From positions 24,665-88,664 of the forward strand of contig JALEGN010000007.1 of assembly GCA_022763365.1 (NCBI GenBank): DNA of 64,000 nucleotides, written 5' to 3'. Below the pieces are notes generated by a model, which worked only from the letters and a program-made list of their open reading frames with translations, had not been told where the DNA came from and did not search any database. This DNA is from Minisyncoccota bacterium (GTDB taxonomy: Bacteria > Patescibacteriota > Minisyncoccia > Phycocordibacterales > UBA1006). Positions within the stretch are counted from its first letter, which is position 1, and each line of letters opens with the position of its first letter. This document shows, piece after piece, positions 19,901-28,681 of the stretch. Position numbers and translations under genes: made by a program.

Positions 19901-19968
19901 TTATTCTCTTCCCAGTATTGTTGCCATTTTTTCTCGATTTCTTGTGGATTGTATTCGTTTTGATTCAT
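16927..19968 (-). CDS. leuS: leucine--tRNA ligase with an inserted Nudix-like domain
   Basis: HVGH (HIGH) motif, KMSKS (AKMSKSKGN), and CP1 editing-domain motifs VFTTRADTLFGATY and GTGAVMAVPAHDERD. The 1013-aa length includes a ~170-aa insert between WIGRKEG and VFTTR that carries a Nudix-like box GGIEDGMSIEETALSEVREETGY. Confidence 0.9.
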   Translation of the reverse strand: MNQNEYNPQEIEKKWQQYWEENNTYKVENKVEGKENFYALSEFAYPSGNLHVGHWYAFAVPDIYARYKRMSGYNVLYPMGFDSFGLPAENAAIKRGLDPRKWTYENMDYMRNQLRSMGASFDWSRTLATSDPEYYKWTQWMFIKFYKNDLVYKDITKVNWDPVDKTILANEQVINGRSERSGAEVVQKDMAQWMLKITDFADELHDDLENLDWDHSIKAAQREWIGRKEGSLIPFKIQESEVYDVNTGPGDDAFREGEEIVDRDNVVVIIEHPEKDEFLCARWKQVDWQGFVTGGIEDGMSIEETALSEVREETGYQNPEIIKVYDQSSHGLFWHVVKQQNRRANYRIVHVKLKDLEQVARSPEEQAIADFLWIPRLEVNDFLKREDMRYPWRVVSANIQKFDDVKVFTTRADTLFGATYLVLAPEHDMVQNLKSQVNNWDEVETYLKEVEKKSDLDRQQSKEKTGVELKGIEAINPATGKPITVWIADYVLAHFGTGAVMAVPAHDERDAEFAIKYDLPFKFVCLPSAGEPGVSRPLITSGENAFIQSAGVTEKKGSQEEINAEWNAMYDFLAEVHDQGGVLPEGKRFCCTFEGKVINGNEEVNTKNSEEARRIITEMVGGEMAKTYRLRDWGISRQRYWGCPIPIVYDPEGNAHSIPKEHLPWVLPDDVDFTPDGTAPLARSKELKERTEKIFGVGWTPEVDTMDTFVDSSWYFYRYLDNQNDEQFASSESLNSWMPVNMYFGGAEHTTMHLLYSRFWVKALHKLGYVPDNEPYKGRLNRGLILGPDGAKMSKSKGNVIDPDEVVAHVGADTVRMYLAFIGPFNEPGNYPWDPNGVVGVRRFLDRVWRLQEKISDITPEELQSDLHQTIKKVGEDIQRLKLNTAISSMMTFVNKAEKSESISRSDYDLLIQILAPFAPHMCEDLWMQNNKSSIHTESFPIADESKISSNLKALPVQINGKVRAQIVVQEDEDNELLQGRVIALPEIQKWIEGKSIRKFIHVPGKIINLVVG

Positions 19969-20074
19969 AGAATCTATGGTACCTTAATGGTGCTTTTTTT
20001 CAAAAAGTTTGTTGAATAATTTGACAAATTGTATTTTATTTCAATAATTAATATTGATAATATACAACTAAATT

Positions 20075-20356
20075 ATGTTTGAAGAAAAAGAACTTAAAAA
20101 GAGAAATGATAAAATTTTATCAGAGATTCAAAGGCTCTTTCCAGAGGACACAAATATCCTCAATGTTGCTGAATCGAATCCAGGAAAGTATCAAGTAGGT
20201 AAATTTTTAAGATACCATAGAGCAAAAGGTGTCGATAATGATATTGTTTTAGAATCCAATAATCTAGATAAAGTCAAAGAACACGCTCAAAGAAACAAAG
20301 ATATAAATGAAGTATGGTCACTTTGGTATCATACTCATGAATATGATAAGCCTTAA
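20075..20356 (+). CDS. hypothetical protein
   Basis: 93-aa ORF preceded by a TTGACA-N17-ATAATT promoter-like sequence at about 20021-20050. Confidence 0.3.
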   Translation: MFEEKELKKRNDKILSEIQRLFPEDTNILNVAESNPGKYQVGKFLRYHRAKGVDNDIVLESNNLDKVKEHAQRNKDINEVWSLWYHTHEYDKP

Positions 20357-20401
20357 AGTAATGAGGTTTTTTTTATTATCTAAAACAAGTAAGGTAAAGT
20401 C

Positions 20402-21766
20402 ATGAATTCACACATTGTGAAAATTGAATCACTTGCCCCTAGTGGTCACGGAATTGCTGAAAATGGTTGGTATATCCTCGGTGCTTTTCCTGAGGATACT
20501 GTAAGAGCTAAGAGATACAAAGAAGCTGAAGAAATTATCTATGCAGAATTGATTGAAATTATTGAGCCATCACCTAATCGAACTTACTCTCCTACCAAAT
20601 CGCCATTTTTTGACCCCAATGCCCCATGGCAATATTTAGATATTGACGCTGAAGATAGATTTAAAAAAAATATAATTCGAAATATTTTTAAGAAATATAA
20701 TATCAATATTAATTCAGAGATTGCTTCGCAAACTCGCAATGACAATAGTCTACTTACAGAGGGTTACCGTAATAAGGCAGCCTATGCTTTTACTTATGAT
20801 AGTGACAATAAGTTATCATTCGCATTATTTACCAGAGGTATTTCACAGCCTGGTAAAATTTCACAGTCTGAAAATATCCTTGTTCACCCAGTCATTAATA
20901 AAATTGGGAAACAATTTCTAGAATTTTTTAATCAAAAAAAGGTTCCTTTGGAAACACTTAAATACCTAACCTTACGTTATTCGTATTATACGAATACTGT
21001 TGTTGCGCAAATTCTTGTAACCGAAAGTAGTCGCAAGAAACTACCTTGGAAAAAATCAGATCTTAAAACATTTATACATCAACATTCTGAAATTCAAGGA
21101 ATAATCGTTTCTCAATCAGAGCCACAGGTGCGTAGCGCAAACATTATCAAAGATTTTTATACTCTTGGAGATATTGAAATAACCGAAGAAATCCTTGGTA
21201 AAAAATATACCTATCACCCATCACAATTTTTTCAAATTTATCCTGATGCATTTGCGCAAATTCTCACTGATTGTGAAAATCTTATTACAAGTATCCCGAA
21301 TCATCATCAATATGAATTACTCGATTTCTTTGCAGGAATTGGGATTATTGGATTGCATATATCTGATTTGGTACAAAGTATTCATGGTGTTGAACAAAGT
21401 GCTCTCGCAAGCAAATACGCACTGATAAATGCACAACAGAACAATATAGAGATCTCCGATCAAGCCGGAGACGCGAGCGACTTTCAATTCACTGAGGCAA
21501 ACGTTGATGAGGCTTTAGAATATATTAAGTCTGATCAAATTCTTATTGTAGATCCAGCTCGAAGTGGATTAACCAAAAAATCACTCGAGAAAATAGTACA
21601 AGTTCAACCAGAATATATTATCTACATCTCATGTAATCCAGAAACTCAGGCTCGAGATTACAAGGTATTACATGATGTTTACGATATTAAATGGTCACGA
21701 GCTTATAACTTATTCCCAAAAACACCACATATTGAGCATGTATTATTTCTCAAAAGAAAAAACTAG
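20402..21766 (+). CDS. 23S rRNA (uracil-C5)-methyltransferase, RlmD/RumA family (cluster-less type)
   Basis: N-terminal TRAM-like domain, SAM-binding LDFFAGIGIIGL, DPARSGL, and the nucleophile motif YISCNPETQARD. The Fe-S ligand cysteines are absent. Confidence 0.8.
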   Translation: MNSHIVKIESLAPSGHGIAENGWYILGAFPEDTVRAKRYKEAEEIIYAELIEIIEPSPNRTYSPTKSPFFDPNAPWQYLDIDAEDRFKKNIIRNIFKKYNININSEIASQTRNDNSLLTEGYRNKAAYAFTYDSDNKLSFALFTRGISQPGKISQSENILVHPVINKIGKQFLEFFNQKKVPLETLKYLTLRYSYYTNTVVAQILVTESSRKKLPWKKSDLKTFIHQHSEIQGIIVSQSEPQVRSANIIKDFYTLGDIEITEEILGKKYTYHPSQFFQIYPDAFAQILTDCENLITSIPNHHQYELLDFFAGIGIIGLHISDLVQSIHGVEQSALASKYALINAQQNNIEISDQAGDASDFQFTEANVDEALEYIKSDQILIVDPARSGLTKKSLEKIVQVQPEYIIYISCNPETQARDYKVLHDVYDIKWSRAYNLFPKTPHIEHVLFLKRKN

Positions 21767-21786
21767 CTTTCTGCTAGTTTTTTTAT
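21757..21786. terminator. intrinsic terminator
   Basis: AAAAACTAGC-TTTCT-GCTAGTTTTTTT. Confidence 0.5.
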
Positions 21787-22551
21787 GAGCCAAGTATCAA
21801 TAATATTTTTTAATTCCTCTAATTGTTCAGGTTCACGAGGTGTATGACTAGAATCAGATAACATTTTAATTTCTTTGTCTTGCGATAGAGCATCATAAAA
21901 AATTTTAATGTGTTCATGCTGGCATGAATGATCAAATTCACATGTAATAAGAAGCATAGGTGGATTAATATTATTTTCTTTAAGAAGAGAATGATTTAAC
22001 ATTTCAGTCATTACCTGCCAAGGTTCTTTTCTTATCCTTCCTGGTACAGATTTTGATTCTCTAATTTGAATACCATCTTTTTCCCATTTGCTAAAAAGAT
22101 CAGGATAAAACTTTCTTTTAGTAGCGTATGATAATTCGCCTGAAACAACTGGAGCAAATGGAATAGCAAAATTAACCTTCTCTAGATTACGAAGTGCATA
22201 TCGAGCAGACGCAAAACCACCCATAGAATGACCTGAAACGAGTAATTTTCCAGTAAACCATTCTTGTTCCTGAACCCAATTAGCCACATCTTCAAAGTCA
22301 TCTGTGTGCAAACCAAGACGTGCGTCTTCATATTTACCTTCTGACTCACCAAAAGAATGAGGAGCATCAAAATTAAATACCTGAAATTGATTTTGCAGCA
22401 AAGCATCTTGTATCACTTGGATATGAGGATTTTCTTTAGCGCCACCATATCCATGCTGAAGCACTGCTGTTCCAATAATGTTATCTTCAGGTTTTAGTAA
22501 TATTCCAATGATATTTTGATCTCTTCTATTTTGTAATGTTAGTTTTTGCAT
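21763..22551 (-). CDS. alpha/beta-hydrolase
   Basis: GHSMGG nucleophile elbow and an HGYGG oxyanion-region motif. Confidence 0.6.
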   Translation of the reverse strand: MQKLTLQNRRDQNIIGILLKPEDNIIGTAVLQHGYGGAKENPHIQVIQDALLQNQFQVFNFDAPHSFGESEGKYEDARLGLHTDDFEDVANWVQEQEWFTGKLLVSGHSMGGFASARYALRNLEKVNFAIPFAPVVSGELSYATKRKFYPDLFSKWEKDGIQIRESKSVPGRIRKEPWQVMTEMLNHSLLKENNINPPMLLITCEFDHSCQHEHIKIFYDALSQDKEIKMLSDSSHTPREPEQLEELKNIIDTWLIKKLAES

Positions 22552-22680
22552 ACTTCCACTATATCAAAATTAAAATTCTTAAACGAAATGAAATTCAAGG
22601 AAGTGAGCGAAAATTTTATAAGTCGTAGTTATCTACGGTGAATATAATTTTCTCTAAGCCGACACAGAAGTTCGTTCTCT

Positions 22681-24345
22681 TTAAGATTTTAACCCTGCTT
22701 TTAAAAAAGCTGTGAAGATAGGATGAGGATCAAGAGGTCTCGCCTGTAATTCAGGATGAAATTGAACAGCAATGAAAAACGGATGAATCTTTTGATTTAA
22801 TTCTATAATCTCTGGTAACAATCCATCAGGTGACGTTCCAGAAATAATAAAGCCTTTCTTTTCAAACCTTTCTTTGTGTTCATTGATTGTTAATTCATAG
22901 CGATGCCTATGTCGTTCACTAATAACATCAGTTTTGTAAATTTTTCGAGCTAAAGTTCCTCTTTTAAGATGAGCCTTATACGAACCTAATCGCATTGAAC
23001 CCCCATAATCTCCCTTCTTCATTTTTTCTTTTTGTTCAGGAAGAATATCTACAATTGGATAGAAGGTTTTTGGATAGACCTCGGTACTATGTGCATCATT
23101 TAGTTTCAGTACGTTTCGAGCAAACTCAACAGATGCCATTTGCATACCTAAACAAATACCAAAAAACGGAATCTTATTTTTACGTACATACTCAATAACG
23201 TTAATCTTTCCCTCGATACCTGAATTACCAAAACCACCAGGGACGAGTACACCATCATATTTTTTTAATTGTTTTAGATTTTTGTTTTTATCAGAACCTT
23301 CAAAATCTTGAGCTTGGAGCCAATCAATTTTAATTTTTATCTTTAATTGTGCTGCTGAAAATTTTAGAGCTTCAATGACTGATACATAAGCATCAGATAA
23401 TACAAAATCTCCTGTTCCAAAATATTTCCCAACCACAGCAATAGACACTTCATTACTAGATTCTTTTGTATTTTTAACAAAAGTATTCCATGCTTTTTTA
23501 TCAAAATCACCTTTTTTATTTGTTTTCTTTCGTAATTTTAGTTTTTTAAGAAGCTTAATATCTAATTCTTCTTTCAAAAAATATTCTGGTAAATCATAGA
23601 TACTATCTAGATTTGGAGCAGAAATAATATCAGAATCTTCAAGCATCGATGAAGTTGCAATTTTTGACTTACGACGATCATCCATACTTCCAGGACTCCG
23701 TCCAACAATAATATCAGGAAATACCCCAGATTCTTGCAATGTCCGTACTGCCTGTTGAGTAGGTTTTGTCTTCATTTCTCCAAGCGTATTTGGAACAGGT
23801 AAGTACGAAACTAACACAAAAGCAACATCTTCTGAATTTTTGCGTTTCATCATTCGTGCGGCCTCGAGGAATAAAATATTTTCATATTCTCCAACAGTTC
23901 CACCAATTTCAACAATGGTAATATCAGCTTCTTCTTTTTTGGCTGCTTTTTTAATTTGTTCAATCACCGCAAGTGGGACATGAGGAACAACTGATACTGT
24001 TTTACCTTTATATCCGAGTGAGCGTTCTTTATGGATAACTTTTTGATAAATAGAACCTGTCGTCATATAAGATTCACGACATAATGAGGTATTTAAAAAA
24101 CGCTCATAATTTCCCATATCTTGATCAGTTTCGTAGCCATCTTCTAAAACGAAAGTCTCGCCATGTTCAGTCGGATTCATAGTTCCAGCATCGACATTAA
24201 CATACGGATCAATTTTTACTGCTGACACCTTATACCCTGTAAATTGAAGCATTTTTCCTATTGATGAGGCTGTAACACCCTTACCTACACCTGACATCAC
24301 ACCACCTACAACAAATATAAATTTTTGATTTTTTAGTTTTTTCAT
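22681..24345 (-). CDS. pyrG: CTP synthase
   Basis: N-terminal synthetase P-loop (VVGGVMSGVGKG) and C-terminal class I glutamine amidotransferase (GICLGMQ, HPE). Confidence 0.9.
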   Translation of the reverse strand: MKKLKNQKFIFVVGGVMSGVGKGVTASSIGKMLQFTGYKVSAVKIDPYVNVDAGTMNPTEHGETFVLEDGYETDQDMGNYERFLNTSLCRESYMTTGSIYQKVIHKERSLGYKGKTVSVVPHVPLAVIEQIKKAAKKEEADITIVEIGGTVGEYENILFLEAARMMKRKNSEDVAFVLVSYLPVPNTLGEMKTKPTQQAVRTLQESGVFPDIIVGRSPGSMDDRRKSKIATSSMLEDSDIISAPNLDSIYDLPEYFLKEELDIKLLKKLKLRKKTNKKGDFDKKAWNTFVKNTKESSNEVSIAVVGKYFGTGDFVLSDAYVSVIEALKFSAAQLKIKIKIDWLQAQDFEGSDKNKNLKQLKKYDGVLVPGGFGNSGIEGKINVIEYVRKNKIPFFGICLGMQMASVEFARNVLKLNDAHSTEVYPKTFYPIVDILPEQKEKMKKGDYGGSMRLGSYKAHLKRGTLARKIYKTDVISERHRHRYELTINEHKERFEKKGFIISGTSPDGLLPEIIELNQKIHPFFIAVQFHPELQARPLDPHPIFTAFLKAGLKS

Positions 24346-24354
24346 AATTCTTTA

Positions 24355-24392
24355 AAAGAAAAAACCGAGGTCATTAAAAACCTCGGTTTATA
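24355..24392 (-). terminator. intrinsic terminator after the SPFH gene
   Basis: AAAACCGAGGT-CATTAAAA-ACCTCGGTTT with a T-tract on the minus strand. Confidence 0.5.
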
Positions 24393-24448
24393 TATCTACT
24401 GATGAAATTATCAGTTTTTTCTTCATAAAATAATTATATCAGAAAAAT

Positions 24449-25198
24449 TTATTTTTTTATATGATTACTAATATCCTTCACCGCCTCAAGAACCTCAATT
24501 GGTAACATCCAAATAGTAGTGTTTGATTGATCAGATGATAAGTCATTCACTGCCTGTAGAGTCCGCAAGTGCATCGCTCCTGGGGTTGAATTTAACGTAT
24601 GCGCTGCCTCAGCTAGATTCAGCGCCGCTTCTTTGTCTCCTTGGGCCTTAATAATAACGGCTCGTTTTTCACGTTCAGCCTCAGCTTCTTTGGAGATGGT
24701 ACGTTTTAAATCATCAGGAATGATTACATCTTTTAATTCAAGCATTTCAACATCAATTCCCCATGGATCTGTTTTATAATCAAGTTCAAGTTTAATTTTC
24801 TCAGCAATCTCGTTTCGATTTTGTAATAACTCATCAAGCGTTCGTTCTCCCACCGCATTTCGCATTGTCGTTTGAGCCAATTGTGATACCGCATAACGGA
24901 AATCTTCAACTTCAATAATTGATTTTGCTGCATCAGTGATTTTGTAATACACCACCGCATTAATATACACTGGAATATTATCACGGGTGATTACTTCTTG
25001 GTTTGGAACATCAACCGTTTTTGTTCGAATATCAACCTTATAGAGTTTCTGAACTACAGGAATGATCGGTCGCCATCCTGGCATCCGTGTACCTGAGAAT
25101 TTACCGAGCGTAAAGACAACTCCTCGCTGATACTGATTAATTTGTTTAATAATAGAAAAGAACAGAATAACTCCAATTCCTAGAATATATCCAATCAT
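24449..25198 (-). CDS. SPFH/band-7 (stomatin/HflK/C-like) membrane protein
   Basis: N-terminal TM, band-7 core and a coiled-coil C-terminal region (EAEAEREKRAVIIKAQGDKEA). Confidence 0.8.
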   Translation of the reverse strand: MIGYILGIGVILFFSIIKQINQYQRGVVFTLGKFSGTRMPGWRPIIPVVQKLYKVDIRTKTVDVPNQEVITRDNIPVYINAVVYYKITDAAKSIIEVEDFRYAVSQLAQTTMRNAVGERTLDELLQNRNEIAEKIKLELDYKTDPWGIDVEMLELKDVIIPDDLKRTISKEAEAEREKRAVIIKAQGDKEAALNLAEAAHTLNSTPGAMHLRTLQAVNDLSSDQSNTTIWMLPIEVLEAVKDISNHIKK

Positions 25199-25273
25199 AA
25201 ATGTTATTGATTAATGGTTAATACACTTAGTATACCAATTTTTATAGATTTTTTTCTCAGGTATACTAGTACT

Positions 25274-26731
25274 ATGAAAAAGCCTGATATCAAAGAAATT
25301 TATAATGCCATGCGAGAGGCTCCAAAGAAAAAAGAAAGGGAGCTTATTGAAAAAGCTTATTCAGTAGCGTTTGAGGCTCACAAACCTCAAAAACGATCTA
25401 GTGGTGAGCCTTATTTCAACCACGTTTTTGCTACGGCAAAAAATTTAGCTGAATATGGACTTGACGCAACAACAATTGCAGCAGGATTTCTTCATGACAC
25501 CATCGAAGATACACCTGTTACCGAAAAAGAAATTCAAGAACAATTTGGTGATGAAATTGTTTTTTTGGTAAACGGTGTAACCAAACTTGGAACCTTAAAA
25601 TACCAAGGACGAAAACGACACGTAGAATCATTACGTAAATTCTTCATTGCAACAGCTGAAGATTATCGTGTTGTTATTATTAAATTAGCTGACCGATTAC
25701 ATAATGTTCAAACACTTGAACACGTAAAACCAGAGAAACAAAAACGAATTGCTTTGGAGACAATTGAAATTTATGCTCCACTGGCCTATCGCCTAGGAAT
25801 GGGACGAATGGTTGGAAAATTGCAAGATGCCGCCTTCCCTTTTGCTTACCCAGAAGAATCAAAAATGGTTGATGAACTCATGCGTCAAAAGAAAAAATTA
25901 AATGAAAAATATCTTGAAAAAGTTTGGCGCACCTTAAAAGCTGAGATGGCAGAACATAAAATCAATGATATTACGACACACCAACGCGTGAAGGGTCGCT
26001 ATAGTCTTTGGAAAAAACTTCAACGGAAAAATATGGATATCGAACAAATGTACGATATTGTTGCCTTGCGTGTTATTGTTCCAAATATTGATGATTGTTA
26101 TCGGGTTTTAGGAATCATTCATTCAAAATGGCGTCCATTACCAGGTCGGATCAAAGACTATATTGCTTTACCAAAAGTTAATGGTTATCAATCACTTCAT
26201 ACCACTATCTTTACTGGTGATGGTGGTATTGCTGAAATTCAAATCAGGACGCAGGCAATGCATGATTTTGCGGAATATGGATTTGCAGCGCATCATATTT
26301 ATAAAGCGCAAAGCACCGATGCGAATGTATCTGAGCGTTATTCACTACATTGGCTTGAACAACTCAAAGAATTACAAAATCTTGAAGAGCAAAAAGATTT
26401 CTTAAAAGATTTCAAAACTGACCTATTTGAAGATCGTATTTTTGTTTTTACTCCTGAAGGTGATGTATTAGATTTACCCAAAGACGCATCAGCTATAGAT
26501 TTTGCCTATACTGTTCATAGTGAAATCGGTAACCAAGCCCAAGCTGCTATTATCAATGGTAAAAACTCAGCTCTTAAAACTATTTTAAAAAGTGGTGACA
26601 TCGTTGAAATTCAAACGAATAAAAAAGGTGTCCCTTCTGCAAAATGGTTAAAATTTGCGAAAACCTCAATTGCTCGAAAACATATTGAAAAACATGCTGA
26701 GGACGGTATCATTGCACGAATATTTAAATAA
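25274..26731 (+). CDS. rel: bifunctional (p)ppGpp synthetase/hydrolase Rel (short form: HD + synthetase + TGS)
   Basis: HD motif FLHDTIEDT, KLADRLHNVQTL, synthetase-domain RxKxxxS-like region (YQSLHTTIF) and a C-terminal TGS domain. The start is placed at MKKPDIKEIY. Confidence 0.85.
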   Translation: MKKPDIKEIYNAMREAPKKKERELIEKAYSVAFEAHKPQKRSSGEPYFNHVFATAKNLAEYGLDATTIAAGFLHDTIEDTPVTEKEIQEQFGDEIVFLVNGVTKLGTLKYQGRKRHVESLRKFFIATAEDYRVVIIKLADRLHNVQTLEHVKPEKQKRIALETIEIYAPLAYRLGMGRMVGKLQDAAFPFAYPEESKMVDELMRQKKKLNEKYLEKVWRTLKAEMAEHKINDITTHQRVKGRYSLWKKLQRKNMDIEQMYDIVALRVIVPNIDDCYRVLGIIHSKWRPLPGRIKDYIALPKVNGYQSLHTTIFTGDGGIAEIQIRTQAMHDFAEYGFAAHHIYKAQSTDANVSERYSLHWLEQLKELQNLEEQKDFLKDFKTDLFEDRIFVFTPEGDVLDLPKDASAIDFAYTVHSEIGNQAQAAIINGKNSALKTILKSGDIVEIQTNKKGVPSAKWLKFAKTSIARKHIEKHAEDGIIARIFK

Positions 26732-26755
26732 AAAACACCAAAATGGTGTTTTTTA
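26728..26755. terminator. bidirectional intrinsic terminator (rel / parB-like convergent)
   Basis: AAAAACACC-AAAAT-GGTGTTTTTT. Confidence 0.6.
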
Positions 26756-26757
26756 TG

Positions 26758-28257
26758 TTACCCAAATATTTTCCCAAAAAATCCCTTTTTCTTAGGCGCT
26801 GGTTGCGCTTGGTAATATTGTTGATTCTGATAGGTATATTGCCCTCCTGAACTATTTTGCTGCGTGTAATCAGTATTCTGAGGTTCAGGTTGTGCCATGC
26901 CAATAGTCTGCGTTTGGTTGTACCTTACAGATTCTTGATCTTGAGGAGTATAATTTTGATCCTGCCCATAAGCCATATTCGATTCGTAGCTATTCTCTAC
27001 TTTTTGTTGTTGAGTATTATTTGCAGAATATATAGCCTGTTCATTAACTTCATGGTTTACCGAAAACCTTTGAGTTTCTAGTGATTGAGGCTTTCTATCA
27101 TTCAAAGTTTCAGGAATTGAAAAAGCATCTTCTTGTTCAGATTCTAGCTCTGAATGTTGATTTATTTTTTCTAAGGGAGCTTCTATCTCCTCGTGATACT
27201 CTTGAATATCAGTATTTGGTATTTTGTGATATTCAGGAAGTGATTGATGATATTCTTGGACTTCTTTTTGAATATTTTCTTCAGTTTTCGATTCTAAACT
27301 GTGAAAATTAACTCCTGTTGATTGAGATAATTCTTCTTGTTCTTTTTTTGTAGAAATAGTTGGTTGAGATTCAGCGACCTGTAATGGTTTTTTATTCTCT
27401 AAATAACGCTCCATCATGTTTTGCTCATGCTCAACTTTTTTCATAGAACTAAGAATTTCTTCAAGATCTTTGATAGTAAAGTAATCAATAGTAATTTGAC
27501 CACCGTTTTCCTTTGGTTCGATATGGACGCGTGTTCCAAGATTTTCAGAAAGTTTTTTCTCGAAATCTCTGATTCGTGGATCAATTTTAAATTCTTTTTT
27601 ACGAACCTTATCTTGGGCAATATTTCGAGCCACCTTTTCGGCATCACGAACAGACATTTTCTTGACCATGATTTCTTTGTATAAGGTAGTTTGTTCTTCT
27701 GGTCTATCTGAGAGCATCAACAGTGGTCTCGTGTGACCCTCTGTAATCCGACCAGCCATCAAACCTTGTTTAATTTCTTCAGGTAGTGAAAGAAGTCTTA
27801 GTGTGTTTGAAACATATACACGACTCTTTCCCATACGTTTTCCGATTTCAACATGAGTTAAATTGAACTCTTTGTAGAGCTGTTCAAAAGCAAGAGCTCG
27901 ATCAATAGGATTAAGGTCTTCCCGTTGCAGGTTTTCAATAATTGCTAACTCAAGTTTTACCTTATCATCAGTTTCTTTTCTAATGATCACTGGAACCTGA
28001 GCAAGCCCAGCAATTTTAGATGCGCGCAAGCGTCGTTCCCCAGCAATCAATTCATAATGAACATCCATTCCATGATTATCAGGACGTAGTGTTTCTTTAC
28101 GAGTTACCACGAGTGGTTGCAGTACTCCATATTGCCTGATTGAATCAGCTAAATCCTCTAAAGCTTTAGGTTCAAATTCTTTTCGCGGCTGAAAAGGATT
28201 TGGTTTAATCTTCATTGTTTCGACCCAAAAAATAGAATTGTTCTGGTATTCTGACAT
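26758..28257 (-). CDS. parB: ParB/Spo0J-family protein with a long Q/N/Y-rich low-complexity C-terminal extension
   Basis: ParB N-domain (KPNPFQPRKEF, YELIAGERRLRASKIAG) plus HTH. The region from about aa 285 to 499 is compositionally biased (Q, N, Y, E, S, T) with QEYH repeats and ends in KKKGFFGKIFG. Confidence 0.75.
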   Translation of the reverse strand: MSEYQNNSIFWVETMKIKPNPFQPRKEFEPKALEDLADSIRQYGVLQPLVVTRKETLRPDNHGMDVHYELIAGERRLRASKIAGLAQVPVIIRKETDDKVKLELAIIENLQREDLNPIDRALAFEQLYKEFNLTHVEIGKRMGKSRVYVSNTLRLLSLPEEIKQGLMAGRITEGHTRPLLMLSDRPEEQTTLYKEIMVKKMSVRDAEKVARNIAQDKVRKKEFKIDPRIRDFEKKLSENLGTRVHIEPKENGGQITIDYFTIKDLEEILSSMKKVEHEQNMMERYLENKKPLQVAESQPTISTKKEQEELSQSTGVNFHSLESKTEENIQKEVQEYHQSLPEYHKIPNTDIQEYHEEIEAPLEKINQHSELESEQEDAFSIPETLNDRKPQSLETQRFSVNHEVNEQAIYSANNTQQQKVENSYESNMAYGQDQNYTPQDQESVRYNQTQTIGMAQPEPQNTDYTQQNSSGGQYTYQNQQYYQAQPAPKKKGFFGKIFG

Positions 28258-28481
28258 AATTATTTCAATTATATCACAGTCATTTTTCTTCTAAAACTTG
28301 CAGGAAAAAACCCTTTTTAGTACTATCAAGTGGTTGATAGAAATCAATTAATATTTGCCGGAGTGTGCGACCTAAAAACGAATGAACGTAGTGAATATCG
28401 TTTTGAAAGTGCTCTTGTAGTAGAATTGGTAGGTGAGACAATCCTGCGAATTGTACAGCGGCGACTCTTTAAAAACAAAGT

Positions 28482-28563
28482 GCTGGAGTGGCGGAATTGG
28501 TAGACGCGTGCGACTCAAAATCGCATATCTACGGGTGTGCGGGTTCGATTCCCGCCTCCAGCA
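28482..28563 (+). tRNA. tRNA-Leu (anticodon CAA), type II
   Basis: Acceptor GCTGGAG/CTCCAGC, anticodon stem TGCGA/TCGCA with loop CTCAAAA (CAA), long variable arm, T arm GCGGG-TTCGATT-CCCGC, discriminator A. Confidence 0.85.
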
Positions 28564-28650
28564 CTTTGTTTTTAAAACTAAAATCGCACTACAAGAGTAT
28601 TTCCATTTTATATTCGCAGAAGCTCATTAAAAATTAGGTCACAGCTCTTC

Positions 28651-28681
28651 GGGCGTGCGGGTTCAAGTCCCGCCTCCGGCA
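28651..28681 (+). pseudogene. tRNA 3' fragment (T arm + acceptor 3' strand + discriminator) without a 5' half
   Basis: GCGGG-TTCAAGT-CCCGC-CTCCGGC-A is a complete T arm plus 3' acceptor strand. The matching 5' strand GCCGGAG occurs only at 28357, upstream of tRNA-Leu(CAA). Confidence 0.4.

Noticed and set aside
28433-28630. 65-aa plus-strand ORF
   Set aside because: It spans tRNA-Leu(CAA) and is not a protein gene.
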